The notes under the pieces are model-generated. The model saw only the letters and a list, made by a program, of their open reading frames with translations, was not told the DNA's origin and searched no databases. DNA of 64,000 bases from Octopus sinensis (lineage: Eukaryota). Location of the stretch: NCBI RefSeq assembly GCF_006345805.1, contig NC_043006.1, positions 10,850,001 through 10,914,000 on the forward strand, read 5' to 3'. Positions 13,401-25,339 of this stretch are shown one piece after another. The position numbers and the translations under genes were made by a program. How positions within the stretch are numbered: position 1 is the stretch's first letter; every line of letters begins with the position of its first letter.

Positions 13401-14338
13401 GATGGGCCTCGACCCAGTCCTCCAGGAATCTTATCTTCCATGTTTGTGTATTGGTGGAAGGGCTGATGCCTTGGGCATTAAGCAGAAATGTTGAGGCGAG
13501 AGTGGATGGTTTTAATTGTTTTGGTGATTTGTTATTTGATTGCTTTTTAATGGCATGTGCAGTGGGTATTTGTGGTGGATGGTGGTGGGTGATAGCTCGG
13601 ATGTTTTTTTCCAGTTCTTTTGCTAGATTCATTATAGCTAAAAAAGAGGAAGAAGAGGTGGTTTCCTGTCTAGGGAACCGCAGGTGACTGTGGCCGCGGC
13701 TATTTTTATGTGAGTGGTTATCTTTAAATGTCCGACGAGTCCCCGGGAGATGGGTAAAGGGGCAATCCCTGTGCAGACACAATCTGTCTCGCTGGGAATA
13801 GCGGCAGATTTGGGGATTCCTTGTTTGAGATATGGTGGTTGTGGTGGTGTTGTATTATGGTGGTTGCTGTTGTAGTTTGTGGGGATAGAGCGTTTTGTTC
13901 CAGGTAAATGGGTGAATTTGCAGTCTCTATCAGTGCACAGTCTATGGCGAAGAGAATATCGGCAAATGATGGGGTTTCGAGTGGGTGTGTAGGTGCGTGT
14001 GTGTGTGTGAGTTGTGAAAGGTGTAGATGATAGTTTGTTGAAGTTTTGGCGACCTTTGTGACCTGTAGGAGGTAAATTCCTTGAGATAGCATTAGTAGTA
14101 GTAGTTGTAGTAGGTAGAAGAGATGTTGACAGTGGTAATGATTGAGGAGGTCGATTCCAAGACAAAGATGTTTGTCGATACATAGTTGGAGTAGTACTAG
14201 TAGTAGTAAGCAGAGGAGATGGTGTTGACAATGATGATGATTGAGCTGCTGGGGCAGTGAAAGGAAGGGGTGGTGCTTCCTGCTGTGTGACCCTGATGAC
14301 TTGGGGGTCAATCGTTTCGTTTAGCAAATCGGCCATAT
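10481..14338 (-). mobile_element. Near full-length CR1-group LINE (CR1/L2/Crack/Daphne/Kiri-like), frameshifted
   Basis: Successive minus-strand ORFs give two CCCH fingers, APE (LLNAQGI, LTETHL, GLYRPP, MGDFN, LDLIFSN, LSDHD), RT (NYRPISLTS, DFSKAFDRV, GVPQGTVLGP, FADD) and the C-terminus YSLQRRRERY...GPALFN...FKKSLDKFL...PDKP. The 3' stem-loop and (TTCTAAGTT)2 tail are present. (TA)n lies at both ends. Confidence 0.92.
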
Positions 14339-14464
14339 ATATATATATATATATAATATTATATATATATATAATATATATATTATATACATATATATAT
14401 ATACATATTTATATACATATGTATATATATATGTATATATGTATGTGTATATGTATGTGTGCGT

Positions 14465-14910
14465 GGGCGATGGTGGATGTGTCTTTGTGTCTTTGTGTGT
14501 GTGTGTCTTGCTCTCTGTGTTTTTACCTCCATAAATTGACTACCGCTGTTGGTTTGTTTACGTCCCCGTTAGGCAAAAGAGACCGATTGATGTCAATTCA
14601 TTCGACAAAGAACTCTTCAAAGCGGTGCCCCAGCACCTTTATATATACAGCATATTCTTATATTCTTTTATTTGTTTCAATCATTTGAGTGCGATCATGC
14701 TGGAGCACCGGTTTTAGTCGAACGAATCGACCCCAGGAATTATATATGTGACAGGCTTCTTTCAGTTTCCGTCTACTAAATCCACTCAAAAAGCTTTGGG
14801 CGGGCCGAGGCTATAGAATAAGACCAAAAACCAAGGTGCTACGCAGTTGGACTGAACCCGGAACTGTGAGGGTGGGATGCAAGCCAGTTACCACACAGTC
14901 CTCCTGCGCC
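14465..14910. mobile_element. Tail-to-tail SINE B pieces: plus-strand 3' half (14465-14636) and minus-strand copy (14661-14910)
   Basis: Both match 3532-3946, in opposite orientations. Confidence 0.75.
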
Positions 14911-14931
14911 CGTATATGTATATATATATAT

Positions 14932-14962
<31 letters not shown>

Positions 14963-15168
14963 TATATTATATAGAGGGTACTGTTATTCATAGGTACCGC
15001 ACGCTAGGAGGGACTCTTGCAGTCAAAACCACTAAAATAAACAAATTGTACCGAATGCAAAACTTCAAAGAAAGTCATTTAAAAATGTGGAAAAATTTTT
15101 CTCTTACGAGGTTTTTCACGCTGACTACTGATAATTTCTTGTAAAGATTTTATCCTTAATTTTAAATT

Positions 15169-15218
<50 letters not shown>

Positions 15219-15269
15219 TATATATATATATGTGTGTGTGTGTGTGGTGTGTGTGTGTGTGTGTGTGTG

Positions 15270-15303
<34 letters not shown>

Positions 15304-15346
15304 ATGTATTTATGTATGTATGTATGTATGTATGTATGCGTATATG

Positions 15347-16555
15347 TATATCACAAAGTGAGCAACGTTTTGAAACATAAATCGGTCACAATATATTTCA
15401 ACAACGCGGAAATTTTAATCATTAAATAAGTACCGTTATAATCATCCCATTTTCCCAACGAGTTTGTTTATTCCCAAGTTTGTTTATTCCAGTAAAATAA
15501 AAATCTGGAATCTTGGAGCTGATGAACACTTTAAACGCACTTTCAGCATCGGTTTGATTTATGAACTCCTTCTCTCGCAGAAACCATCAAGTTTCTTGAA
15601 AAGATGGTAACCGGTAGAAGAAAGGTCTGGGAAATAACCTGGGTGAGAATGAACTTTATAGTCAAGTTCCTTCAACTTCTGGACCGTCATTAGTGAAATG
15701 CGTGGTCGAGCTATGTCATGAGGAATGATTGGCCCTCATCTGTTGACCAGTCTGGGACGAAGGAGCAGCACTTCGTCGTTTATTCTCGCAATAATTTCGT
15801 GACCATATGTTTCTGTAGTAATGGTTTTTCCGGGTTTTAAAACGTTATAGTGGATGAGTCCAGCAGTACACCACCAAACAATCACTATAACCTTCTTTTT
15901 AAAGAGCTCATGCTTAGCGAAGGTTTCCGGTGCTTCATTTTGGTCCAACCACTGCGAAGGACGTGTTTTATTATTGTACAGAATCCACTTTTCATCCCAA
16001 GTTACAATACAGTCGAGAAATCGATCGGTCTTTTTACAGAAAATCTGCGCATTTTCTAAGTTTCATTCAAATCGTGTGGTACCCATTTGTCGACCTTTTT
16101 GATTTTCCGATCGCATGCAAATGATTGCAAGCCGTTTACTGGCTAACTTGAAGATTTTTTTTTCCTGTTCTCGAGTGGTTTTACGTGGGTCTTTCTCAAT
16201 GAAGGTCTGTAATTGACCGTTATCGATGACAGATAGGCGCCCATTACGCTCACGATTTTCAAGACAAGGGTTTCCACTGTAAACATTTTCGAGCTGACCA
16301 CTCACTGGTCATTTCCTCACCAAACGTTTCGTTGATATTGCGAGCAGCTTCAACTGTTTTACGTCCTTTTTGTGAAGTTGAATAGCAAAATTGCTTGACA
16401 GTTCCATTTCTGATTATTGTAACAACGGTGAAAAAATACCAATCTTAATTTATCGAAGCATTTGAGCAGGTCTATGCCTGTATAATCAGAAAATTGCAAA
16501 CAAATGTTTTAAAAAATGCAAAACTGCAAAAAGCCGGTACAAATTCTTCATGGTT
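15347..16555 (-). mobile_element. Decayed mariner (Tc1/mariner) transposon
   Basis: KWVPHDL, IVTWDEKWILYNN, VWWCTAGLIHYNVLKPGKTIT, HDIARP and YFPDLSSTGYHL correspond to the mariner WVPHEL, TGDEKW, HDNARPH and YSPDLAPSDY motifs. Stops and frameshifts are present; TIRs could not be resolved. Confidence 0.88.
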
Positions 16556-16574
16556 CTGATGTGTGTGTCTGTGT

Positions 16575-16818
16575 GGAGGTGCGTGGCTTAGTGGTTAGGA
16601 TGTCAGCATCATGATCGTAAGATTGTGGTTTCAATTCCTAGACCGGATGACGCGTTGTGTTCTTGAGCAAAACACTTCATTTCACGTTGCTCCAGTCCAC
16701 TCAGCTGGCAAAAATGAAAACGCTGCGATGGACTGGCGTCCCGTCCAGCTGGGGAACACATACGCCATAGAAACCAGGAAACCGGACACATGATCCTGGC
16801 TAGGCTTTAAAAGGGCGC
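16575..16818 (+). mobile_element. SINE, head H1 + tail T1
   Basis: tRNA-like head, then TTGAGCAAAACACTTCATTTCACGTTGCTCCAGTCCACTCAGCTG, then AACGCTGCGATGGACTGGCGTCCCGTCCAGC...AAAAGGGCGC. Confidence 0.8.
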
Positions 16819-16827
16819 TTTTATTTA

Positions 16828-16867
<40 letters not shown>

Positions 16868-16878
16868 TATAATTATAA

Positions 16879-16920
<42 letters not shown>

Positions 16921-16929
16921 TATAATATA

Positions 16930-17190
16930 TATGGCAAATTTTAGCCATTTCTCCGCAGACTGAATAAAACACCGATGGGCAACCTTAATAAATTTTCGGA
17001 CCTTATTGGGTTCTCATCAGAGGCGTTCACATCACTTTGATAATCCCCAGAGAAACAAGCAGCCAAAGTGTCTATGTACTCAACAAATGCAGCAGCTACC
17101 CTATGAAGGAGGTCCTAATTTGCATATCAAAAATGTTTAGCACTCTATAAATACCAGCGGTCTTAGTCCACACAATATCAAGTGATGTCA
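16930..17190 (-). mobile_element. Short Penelope-like terminal-repeat remnant carrying a hammerhead motif
   Basis: Unique segment between (TA)n and (GATA)n arrays that contains an intact hammerhead core. The PLE assignment is inferred from the known association of PLE pLTRs with minimal hammerheads. Confidence 0.5.
16981..17025 (-). ncRNA. Minimal type I hammerhead ribozyme, canonical core
   Basis: Minus strand reads GCCU-CUGAUGA-GAACCCAAUAAGGUCC-GAAA-AUUUAU-UA/AGGUU. It has the CUGAUGA core, an imperfect stem II, a short stem III, a UUA triplet and stem I CCU/AGG. Confidence 0.6.
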
Positions 17191-17201
17191 TATATATACA
17201 T

Positions 17202-17252
<51 letters not shown>

Positions 17253-17275
17253 TATAGATAGATAGATAGATAGAT

Positions 17276-17387
<112 letters not shown>

Positions 17388-18399
17388 AGATAGATAGATG
17401 ATAGATAGATAGATGATAGATATTCGTATATATATATATATGGACATGACAACAAATATGGAGGCAACAAATAATATGGCTGAAATAAAATCTTGACATC
17501 TTTTTATAACGGAAACAATGTTATTAAATTGTCAGATTTTATTTTATGTTATTTTACGTTTACCATAACACTTAGTTAAAAATTATGAAATATTCACAGT
17601 AAATTATGAATCAAAATCTTATTTATTTCCACTGGCCCATAAATCGTGCAATGACAATAACTTTCGCAGTTCGTATTTCACAATTTACATATATTATTTG
17701 TGTTTTTCTTTTTTGTTTCGTCAGCACATTATACTTTTGCGCCATATTTATTACTCTTTCGTTTTATTTGTTTTTATTTGTGAATGTTTTTCTAATCGCC
17801 ATTTTCTGTTTGTATTGTTTTATATTTTACCCAATAGATCAACACTAACTTTATAATACTATGACAAGCAATCAAATTACTGATTCTCGTTAAAACGTTT
17901 TATTATGATTCAATGTAATTTAAAATGATAATTATGTATATGCATGTCCATTGAAATTCGGATTAGCAATCGCAACTTTCTGCATCGAATATCATTTTCT
18001 CTTTTAGCATCTGCAAATGTGGATACGATTACGCGTAAACAGACACGCACGCACACACACACAGACACACACACACACAAACACGCACACACATATAGAT
18101 AAATAGATACATAAATACATACATACATACATATGTGTATGCGTGTGTACGTATATATCTATGCATATATGTGTGTATGAATTGATATATTTCCTGTCGC
18201 AACTGACGTTCTCCTCCTTAAGTGTCCAGATTAATGCATGCAACTTTCCCTGCAACCATAGATGTAGCAAGATATTAAATAGGTATACGGTTTAAAATCC
18301 TATATACACGCCTACGCCCCTTAATGTAAAGCTCTACATCAATAAAAAAAGAAACGCTCACAACCTGCCCTTAATGCACATGCAGAGATAAATTTAACT

Positions 18400-18975
18400 G
18401 TCCTCTTGGACAGGCATGCGATATTTCTTCCATTGTTTACGAAGCCAAGTATCCGCAAACTATGGTAATGACTGGACAGAGACCAATCTTTATACTGAAT
18501 CAATACGCAAAAATTGTAATGCAAGACAATATCCATATGTTAACTTCGAGACACTCCGCGAAGAAGTATGCGAAGACCCTCAGGTTTTAATCTCGAAACT
18601 TAAGGGCGAGAACGTCAGCTACGATATCAACTGGGAGATCCTTTCTAAGACCAAACCCTATTTAACGGGTCAAAATGATGTTCCGTATGCCCGCTTGAAA
18701 AATCGTATCTTTTAAAAATCTTAAGAACTGTGTGAATAACAGGAACGAGATTTTTCTTTATGTCCTCATTTAAAAAAAATACAACTCAGCGAAAATTAAG
18801 GATGAACCACCGGACACATCATAGACCATTCCTATGTTTGTTTGTGATTTTGAGTTTCGGAAGGCACTGGTTATATTTACTGTGGAGTGAAATATCTCCC
18901 ATGAGCATCTCTCTGCCTTTTCCTTGATTGGTGTGCTCATTCAGAAGTCGATTGCATCGAACGTAAGAGAAATGG
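18400..18975 (+). mobile_element. Penelope-like element 3' remnant (GIY-YIG C-terminal region plus decayed terminal repeat)
   Basis: KLKGENVSYDINWEILSKTKPY...CSVCPLEK...NNRNEIFSLCPH resembles the W.LK....Y.I.W.IL....Y....C.LC..EK...LNKR.E..S.CRH tail of PLEs. A decayed hammerhead-like motif lies at 18936-18970. Confidence 0.65.
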
Positions 18976-18985
18976 CATAATAAGT

Positions 18986-19300
18986 GGATCTTTTCGCTTT
19001 GACCGGCAGATTTTTAAAATGATTTCTTTGTAAGTAAACACTTTAAAACTTCGTATACTGGTAGAATGTGTTACATAAAACATCTTTTTCTCTTGAGTTT
19101 CTTGAGAAAATTCTGTAGTTTGTAAGCTATTGTTCTTTAATTTCTTGCATTTCGGGAATTTCAACAAATCGCCGGAAATAATTGTTGTTGACAACGATAC
19201 GGACGAATTGGATTCACCTTAATAGACGTCATTGATTGGTTGAAATTGCCGAAATGCAAGAAATTATTTTAAAAATCTGCCGGTCAATGCGACAAGATCC
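18986..19300. mobile_element. MITE with GGATC termini and an 8-bp TSD
   Basis: Left TIR GGATCTTTTCGCTTTGACCGGCAGATTTTTAAAA; right TIR reverse complement GGATCTTGTCGCATTGACCGGCAGATTTTTAAAA. Exact TSD TAATAAGT at 18978-18985 and 19301-19308. Confidence 0.88.
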
Positions 19301-19524
19301 TAATAAGTTAATATTTCGGCTAAGACGCCCTGGTATTGTGTGTGTATGTGTGCATGTGTATGTGCGTGTATGTGTGTGTATGTGTGTACATGTGTGTGCA
19401 TGAAACCATAAAAAGACGGATGGTATGAAATGTGAAAACATCTATTTAACTACCTGACATGGAAGCCGTTTCACAGCCTTCATCATATAATAGTAATTTC
19501 AGATTATTCTTCCTTTTCTTTTTC

Positions 19525-19710
19525 TCTTTTACTTGTTTAAGTCATTTGGCTGCGGCCTTGAAGGGTTTTATTCGAATGAATCATTCAGGGTCTTTTCTTA
19601 AGCCTAGTACTCATTCTATCAGTCTATTTTGCAGAATTGCTAAGGTACGGTGACATAAACACACCAACACCGGTTGTCATGCGGTGATAGGGGTCAAACA
19701 TAGACACAAC
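19525..19710 (-). mobile_element. SINE family B 3' half, diverged
   Basis: CTTTTACTTGTTTAAGTCATTTGGCTGCGGCC...CACCAACACCGGTTGTCA. Confidence 0.65.
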
Positions 19711-19721
19711 CACACAAATCA

Positions 19722-20050
19722 TCATCATCATCATCATCATCGTTTAGCGTCCGCTTTCCATGCTAGCATGGATTGGACGGTTCAACTGGGGTCTGTGAAG
19801 CCAGAAGCTGCATCAGGCCCAGTCTGATCTGGCAATGTTTCTACGGCTGGATGCCCTTCCTAACGCCAACCACTCCGTGAGTGTAGTGGGTGCTTTTTAC
19901 GTGCCACCTGCACAGGTGCCAGACGGAGCTGGCAAACGGCCACGGACGGATGGTGCTTTTTACGTGCCACCGTCACGGGGGCAAGGCAAGGCTGGCAACG
20001 GCCATGATCGGATGGTGCTTTTTACGTGCCACCGGCACGGGGGCCAGGCG
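19722..20050 (-). mobile_element. 3' part of a SINE or LINE with a (GAT)n tail and a tripled 62-63 bp unit
   Basis: Reverse complement reads ...GGTTGGCGTTAGGAAGGGCATCCAGCCGTAG...GCTAAAC(GAT)n. GGTGCTTTTTACGTGCCAC occurs at 19889, 19952 and 20014. Confidence 0.7.
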
Positions 20051-21020
20051 AGACAAAAGTGTCATACCATGAAATAAGATAAAGAAATTCGAAAGTATCT
20101 ACACTCGTTGAATATTTTATTTACTTATACTGTCATCTACATCTAATTCATATCTATCTTTGAGCAAAATTTGAATCCGGGGACACTCTGATGTTAGAAA
20201 CAATTCATTTTTATAGCGTAGAGGATATATGGCATAACAAGTGACATTTCCTTGCTGCTTTGAGGTGATTCTTCCTTAAGGTGTTTCTTCAAGTGTATAA
20301 AAACTTATTTGCTTAATTGCACGAGTGTTGCTTTAATGCTATAATGCAAAACTTTGTGTTCCTAAAATTATGCTAACAGACAATTCCATACGAAAGAGCA
20401 TAACGACCAGATGGTTAAATTTCCCGTATTCTTTTTTAAGCTTTGCATGGCAATTATACTATATAAATGATGGGAAAAACCTTTGAGCAATGCTATTTAG
20501 AAATTAAACAACATATGTAGTATGATATCAATGAATTAAAACAAATAGAAAAGATACTACATCACCTTACATAGGTTGTTTACTGATTCAATAATATTTC
20601 GAGAAAGATTGCCCTTTGAAAATAGAAGAAAACTAATGATCAAAACTGCAGAGATATGTGTTGTTACCGAAATAGTATCGATTGGTACAAGTTATGTAAG
20701 GTAATCAGTATTTTATTTATAATGTACCAAATTTGCATCTTTCCAGCTCAGCATTCTCTTTCTTTCTGTATTGTGCATCTTCTCTTATAGTTTTTGTTAC
20801 TTTGAATACCGCCAAGTCTGGATATATATATACGCAGCTGTATATGTAGTGTGATAACATTTTGTATAATGCATTCAGTATATGAAAAATAATTGCGAGT
20901 AGATTCCCAATCGTATACACATACATTCACACACACGCACACACACGCACACACACACACACATATATATATATTATAATATATATATATTATAATATAT
21001 ATATATATATTATATATATA

Positions 21021-21071
<51 letters not shown>

Positions 21072-21104
21072 GATATATATATATATATATATATATTAAT
21101 ATAT

Positions 21105-21165
<61 letters not shown>

Positions 21166-21362
21166 CATATATACATATATATACACTCTATATATATGCA
21201 ATTTTTTGTATACATATATATATATATATATGTATGTATGCAAAAAATTGCATACTCACACATATCTGTGTGTGTAGCTTAAAAGGTCATATGTCAATTA
21301 CCGGCCTTTCTTCCGTATAAATAACATATTTCACGCACTCTCTTACTCTGTCAGTTTATCTC

Positions 21363-21437
<75 letters not shown>

Positions 21438-21924
21438 CTTTGTCTCTCTTTCTCTCTGTTTTCCCCTCTGCCCACCTTTCACTCACTCTATCATTAGCTG
21501 CTGCGTGAACATAACTCGCTAAACTGTAGCGTTAGCAAACAACAGATAAAACTGGTTTCATGTTAAAAGTGAAATGGCAAGTTCTAGAGTTGCGTTCCGT
21601 GAACGGATCTCAGGCAAAAATAGTAACCACTACAATGAAGAAAGATGCTATTTTCTCTAATCTTATTAAGGTACACGCAAGCAGTGCACCAATATCATCT
21701 TAACGTTGACCTAAGAACCTATTAGAATATTTAATTGTCGATCTTTCACTATCATTATATTGTCATAATGCCATATGATATCAAAGTATGGTATTTGAAC
21801 TCTTCACCTCGATTCTTCTAAAAGAAGAATGTTGATAAGTAAAAGAATTGATATGGTTCGTATTCTGTCTGGACTCGTGCGATATCCTTAAAGCTATGAA
21901 CTTTTCAACCCCACTTCGTATATA

Positions 21925-22155
21925 TATTTCTTTACTACCCACAAGGGGTTAAACACAGAGAGGACAAACAAGGACAGACAAACGGATAAAATCGATTACA
22001 TCGACCGCAGTGCGTAACTGGTACTTAATTTATCGACGCCGAAAGGATGAAAGGCAAAGTCTACCTCGGCGGAATTTGAACTCAGAACGCAGCGGCGGAC
22101 GAAATACCGCAAAGCATTTCGTCCGGCGTGCTAACGTTCCTGCCAGCTCGCCGCC
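21925..22155 (-). mobile_element. SINE family A, full length
   Basis: Reverse complement begins GGCGGCGAGCTGGCAGGAACGTTAGCACGCC. Confidence 0.9.
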
Positions 22156-22789
22156 TTTCTCACGTTGGATATAATTTTTTTTATTTTTATCCTTACGCTA
22201 TTTGTGTATTTAGCAAAATGAAAAGAGTTCAAATGATCACAGTTATAATCGTTTCATGTGTGGAATTAAGTAAAGAACGTTGGTAACGCATAGTAATATT
22301 TTAAATTCTTACATACAGAACTGACGCATCTTTTTTACCACCCTAATAAGAATTTGCAAATTTCAATATCGACCTTCTAAATTCTAAGGAACATTTTCAC
22401 CTTTCAATTTGAAAATGTGTTCAACAAGAGCAGTACAGCTCTTTAGGGCATTTTTACAAAATGGATGATAATGTGTGCAATATCTTTAATTTTACAGGTG
22501 GAACCAATGTAGAATTTGGAATTATGGGTTTTAACAATACATTTATAAACTCTATTATTACGTTTGCAATGGCCATTGAGTAGAACATTTTCTCTTCCTT
22601 ACACTTAGATTCATTTTCATAGGGATATAATGTGAAATAATTCGTAGAGAGATGTACAATATCGTTTTATTAGTAATATTTTTTCTTCCCCATTACAATA
22701 TAATCAATATGATTAAACATTTATGCTGCACGTATTATTTTGATAATTTTAGCACTATTCTCAATATTGTTAACATTATCATTATTAAG

Positions 22790-23000
22790 GGCAGCGAGCT
22801 TGCAGAATCGTGACCACAAAAGGCAAAATGGTTAACGGCATTTCGTCCATCTTTGTTCTGAGTTTAAATGCTACCGAGGTTGACTTCATCTTTCAATCTT
22901 TCAGAGTCGATAAAACAAGTAGCTGCTGAGCCCTAGTGCTGCTGTAATCGATTTACCTTCTCCCCTGAAATTGTTGGCCTTCTGCCAAAATTTAATACCG
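22790..23000 (+). mobile_element. SINE family A, diverged
   Basis: GGCAGCGAGCTTGCAGAATCG...GAGTTTAAATGCTACCGAGGTTGAC. Confidence 0.65.
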
Positions 23001-23119
23001 ATATTATCATTATTGCTGCATTCATCTTCATCTCTGTCGTTTATTTTACCGGGCGAAAATACACACCAACTCATCTTATCTTCCAGAAACAGTTGAATTA
23101 CTTGGATTATCGGTACCAG

Positions 23120-23560
23120 TCGACTGTATTATAACGAATCACATTTAGTTCGTAATGATATGTCAGTATTCTTTTGTGTCGGGAGACAATGGAGTTGCGC
23201 TTAAACTAATCCAGTCTGGCTTTTACATTCCATGTCCTTTCCAGTTTCCTCTCCAGTATTGCACAGGCCTGTGGTAGATATAAGAAAATCCTGGGTAGCC
23301 CAATCGTCAGGATTCCCCTCTCGACCCTGCTGACGTAGTCCAAAGGAGTGCAGAGCATTACATTTGGCACCAGCTTGGTTGCAGGAGCTGCCGGAAGAGT
23401 GTCGAGTCGAACACTAAACCGCCTACGGGGCTCCACTCCGGATTTCTTTGAAGGTTGTCTCCTTTCCGTAACCCTGACCCTGGTTAGGGGCCCACACCGG
23501 ATACTGTTAGCCGGAGCCAGCTGAGCCCGGGTCTCGTGTCAGGCAGGCTCGTCACACCCT
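23120..23560 (-). mobile_element. Probable RTE-clade LINE 5' region (5' UTR and start of APE)
   Basis: GC-rich island. The minus-strand ORF ...PRIFLYLPQACAILERKLERTWNVKARLD contains the TWNV APE start motif typical of RTE elements. Confidence 0.5.
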
Positions 23561-24716
23561 GAAGTAATGAAGAAAATCACTACCTACAACCTAAGTTCGT
23601 AATGAGTAGAAAGCCTAGAATCTATATAGAGTTCTGCATAAAGGAAATTGAGCATTTTTAGCTTGTGTATGTATGTGTGTGTGCGCGAGTGTGCCTGCAT
23701 ATTATCATGCGAGTGCGTGTTAGTGTATATGTGTTTATATTCGTGATCAACACTCCGGCTGTCATATTTGAACTGCTATCCTGACCAAATGCAATTCTTA
23801 CGTATCGTGAGAACGTTGCGGCTAGCTCTAATATTCTTTTAGTTATTGGAATATTATACGAATACAGTTCCACATAGCAAATACTAAAAGTGTTTCTCTC
23901 TTCTGCGCACCCTAATATGTAGCATTAGCATTTTGTCATTAGGTGTTGGAAGGTACCCACAGGACTTCGAACAGGTTCATGTAAGTATACGTGTGAATGT
24001 ATATATATATAATTACATCAAGGATATCAAACCCTCTTAAAGGGATGTTACCATCAAATTTCCCAGGTTATATACAGTGTTTCAGTGAAAACTCAAAGAA
24101 ATCAGTTCCATATAGATGGATTTGTGTGTATAAATATTCTTGTATGAGAAAAAAAGAAAATAGAGATATTAATATACAAACAAATTTATTTGAACAAATT
24201 CCATTTAGTATAACATCAAATTCTTTACACCTACAGCTGTTTTCATACCCAATTAATTCAATTTTAGGAATAAACTTAAATTTAAATAATTTAAATTTTC
24301 ATATCGAATATCATAGATTCGGTATTTCGTCAGGGGAAAGAATTTGTTCGAAAGGATCTACATTCCAAAGTGTTGGCTGGCCCTTGATAGGCTCAGATAT
24401 GTGTATTTTAGCAGCACATGTATTTTAAAAAACCGTTACGCTTTATATATTTATATATAAATATATATTTATATATTTGTGCGTGCGTGTTAAAGTGTTG
24501 AAAGCTCGAATGATGACGAGTTAAAACTGCTCACTAAATACCATGGTACAATATTACGTCATCGAAATTACTGCACAGGAATGAGAAAAGAAATGAACGA
24601 TCAAACTGAGGTAAACACAATTACAATATCAATAGGTATCTTAATAAATATCGTATTAATATTAAGGTATAAATTAAATATTTAATATGAATATAAGGAT
24701 TTATGTACAAGTAACA

Positions 24717-24926
24717 GGCGGCGAGCTGGCAGAAACGTTAGCACGCCGGGCGAAATGCGTAGCCGTATTTCGTCAGCCGTTACGTTCTGAGTTCAAATTC
24801 CGCCGAGGTCGACTTTGCCTTTCATCTTTTCGGGGTCGATCAATTAAGTACCAGTTACGCACTGGGATCGATGTAATCGATTTAATCCCAGTGTCTGTCC
24901 TTGTTTGTCTTCTCTGTGTTTAGCCC
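24717..24926 (+). mobile_element. SINE family A
   Basis: GGCGGCGAGCTGGCAGAAACGTTAGCACGCCGGGCGAAATG... Confidence 0.9.
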
Positions 24927-25023
24927 GTAAAAAACTTTCTCACTTCCCGAGCGTTAAACTAATACAACTGCTTGTTGTTAGCACACCAGTCTTCTTCTTT
25001 TATTTTTATTTTGTAAATTCTCA

Positions 25024-25068
<45 letters not shown>

Positions 25069-25339
25069 ATATATATACATATGCATACATACATATATAT
25101 ATATATATACATACATATACACATATATATGTGTGTGTGCATGTGTGTATGTATGTATGAATGTATGTATGTATGAATGTATATATGTATGTGTGTATTG
25201 GGAGATAAAGACAGAGCTACATTTATATGGCCTTTCGAGGTAAACGTCGAAGACTGCGATGTGAAATCATCAAAAGAATACTTGCAGTTATCTCCAAATT
25301 CTATGGACAGTCATGCGCAGGGGCACATACTACACGTTA

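Noticed and set aside
15347-16555. Functional mariner transposase or SETMAR-like fusion
   Set aside because: Multiple stops and frameshifts, altered catalytic motifs, no recognisable TIR pair, no SET domain.
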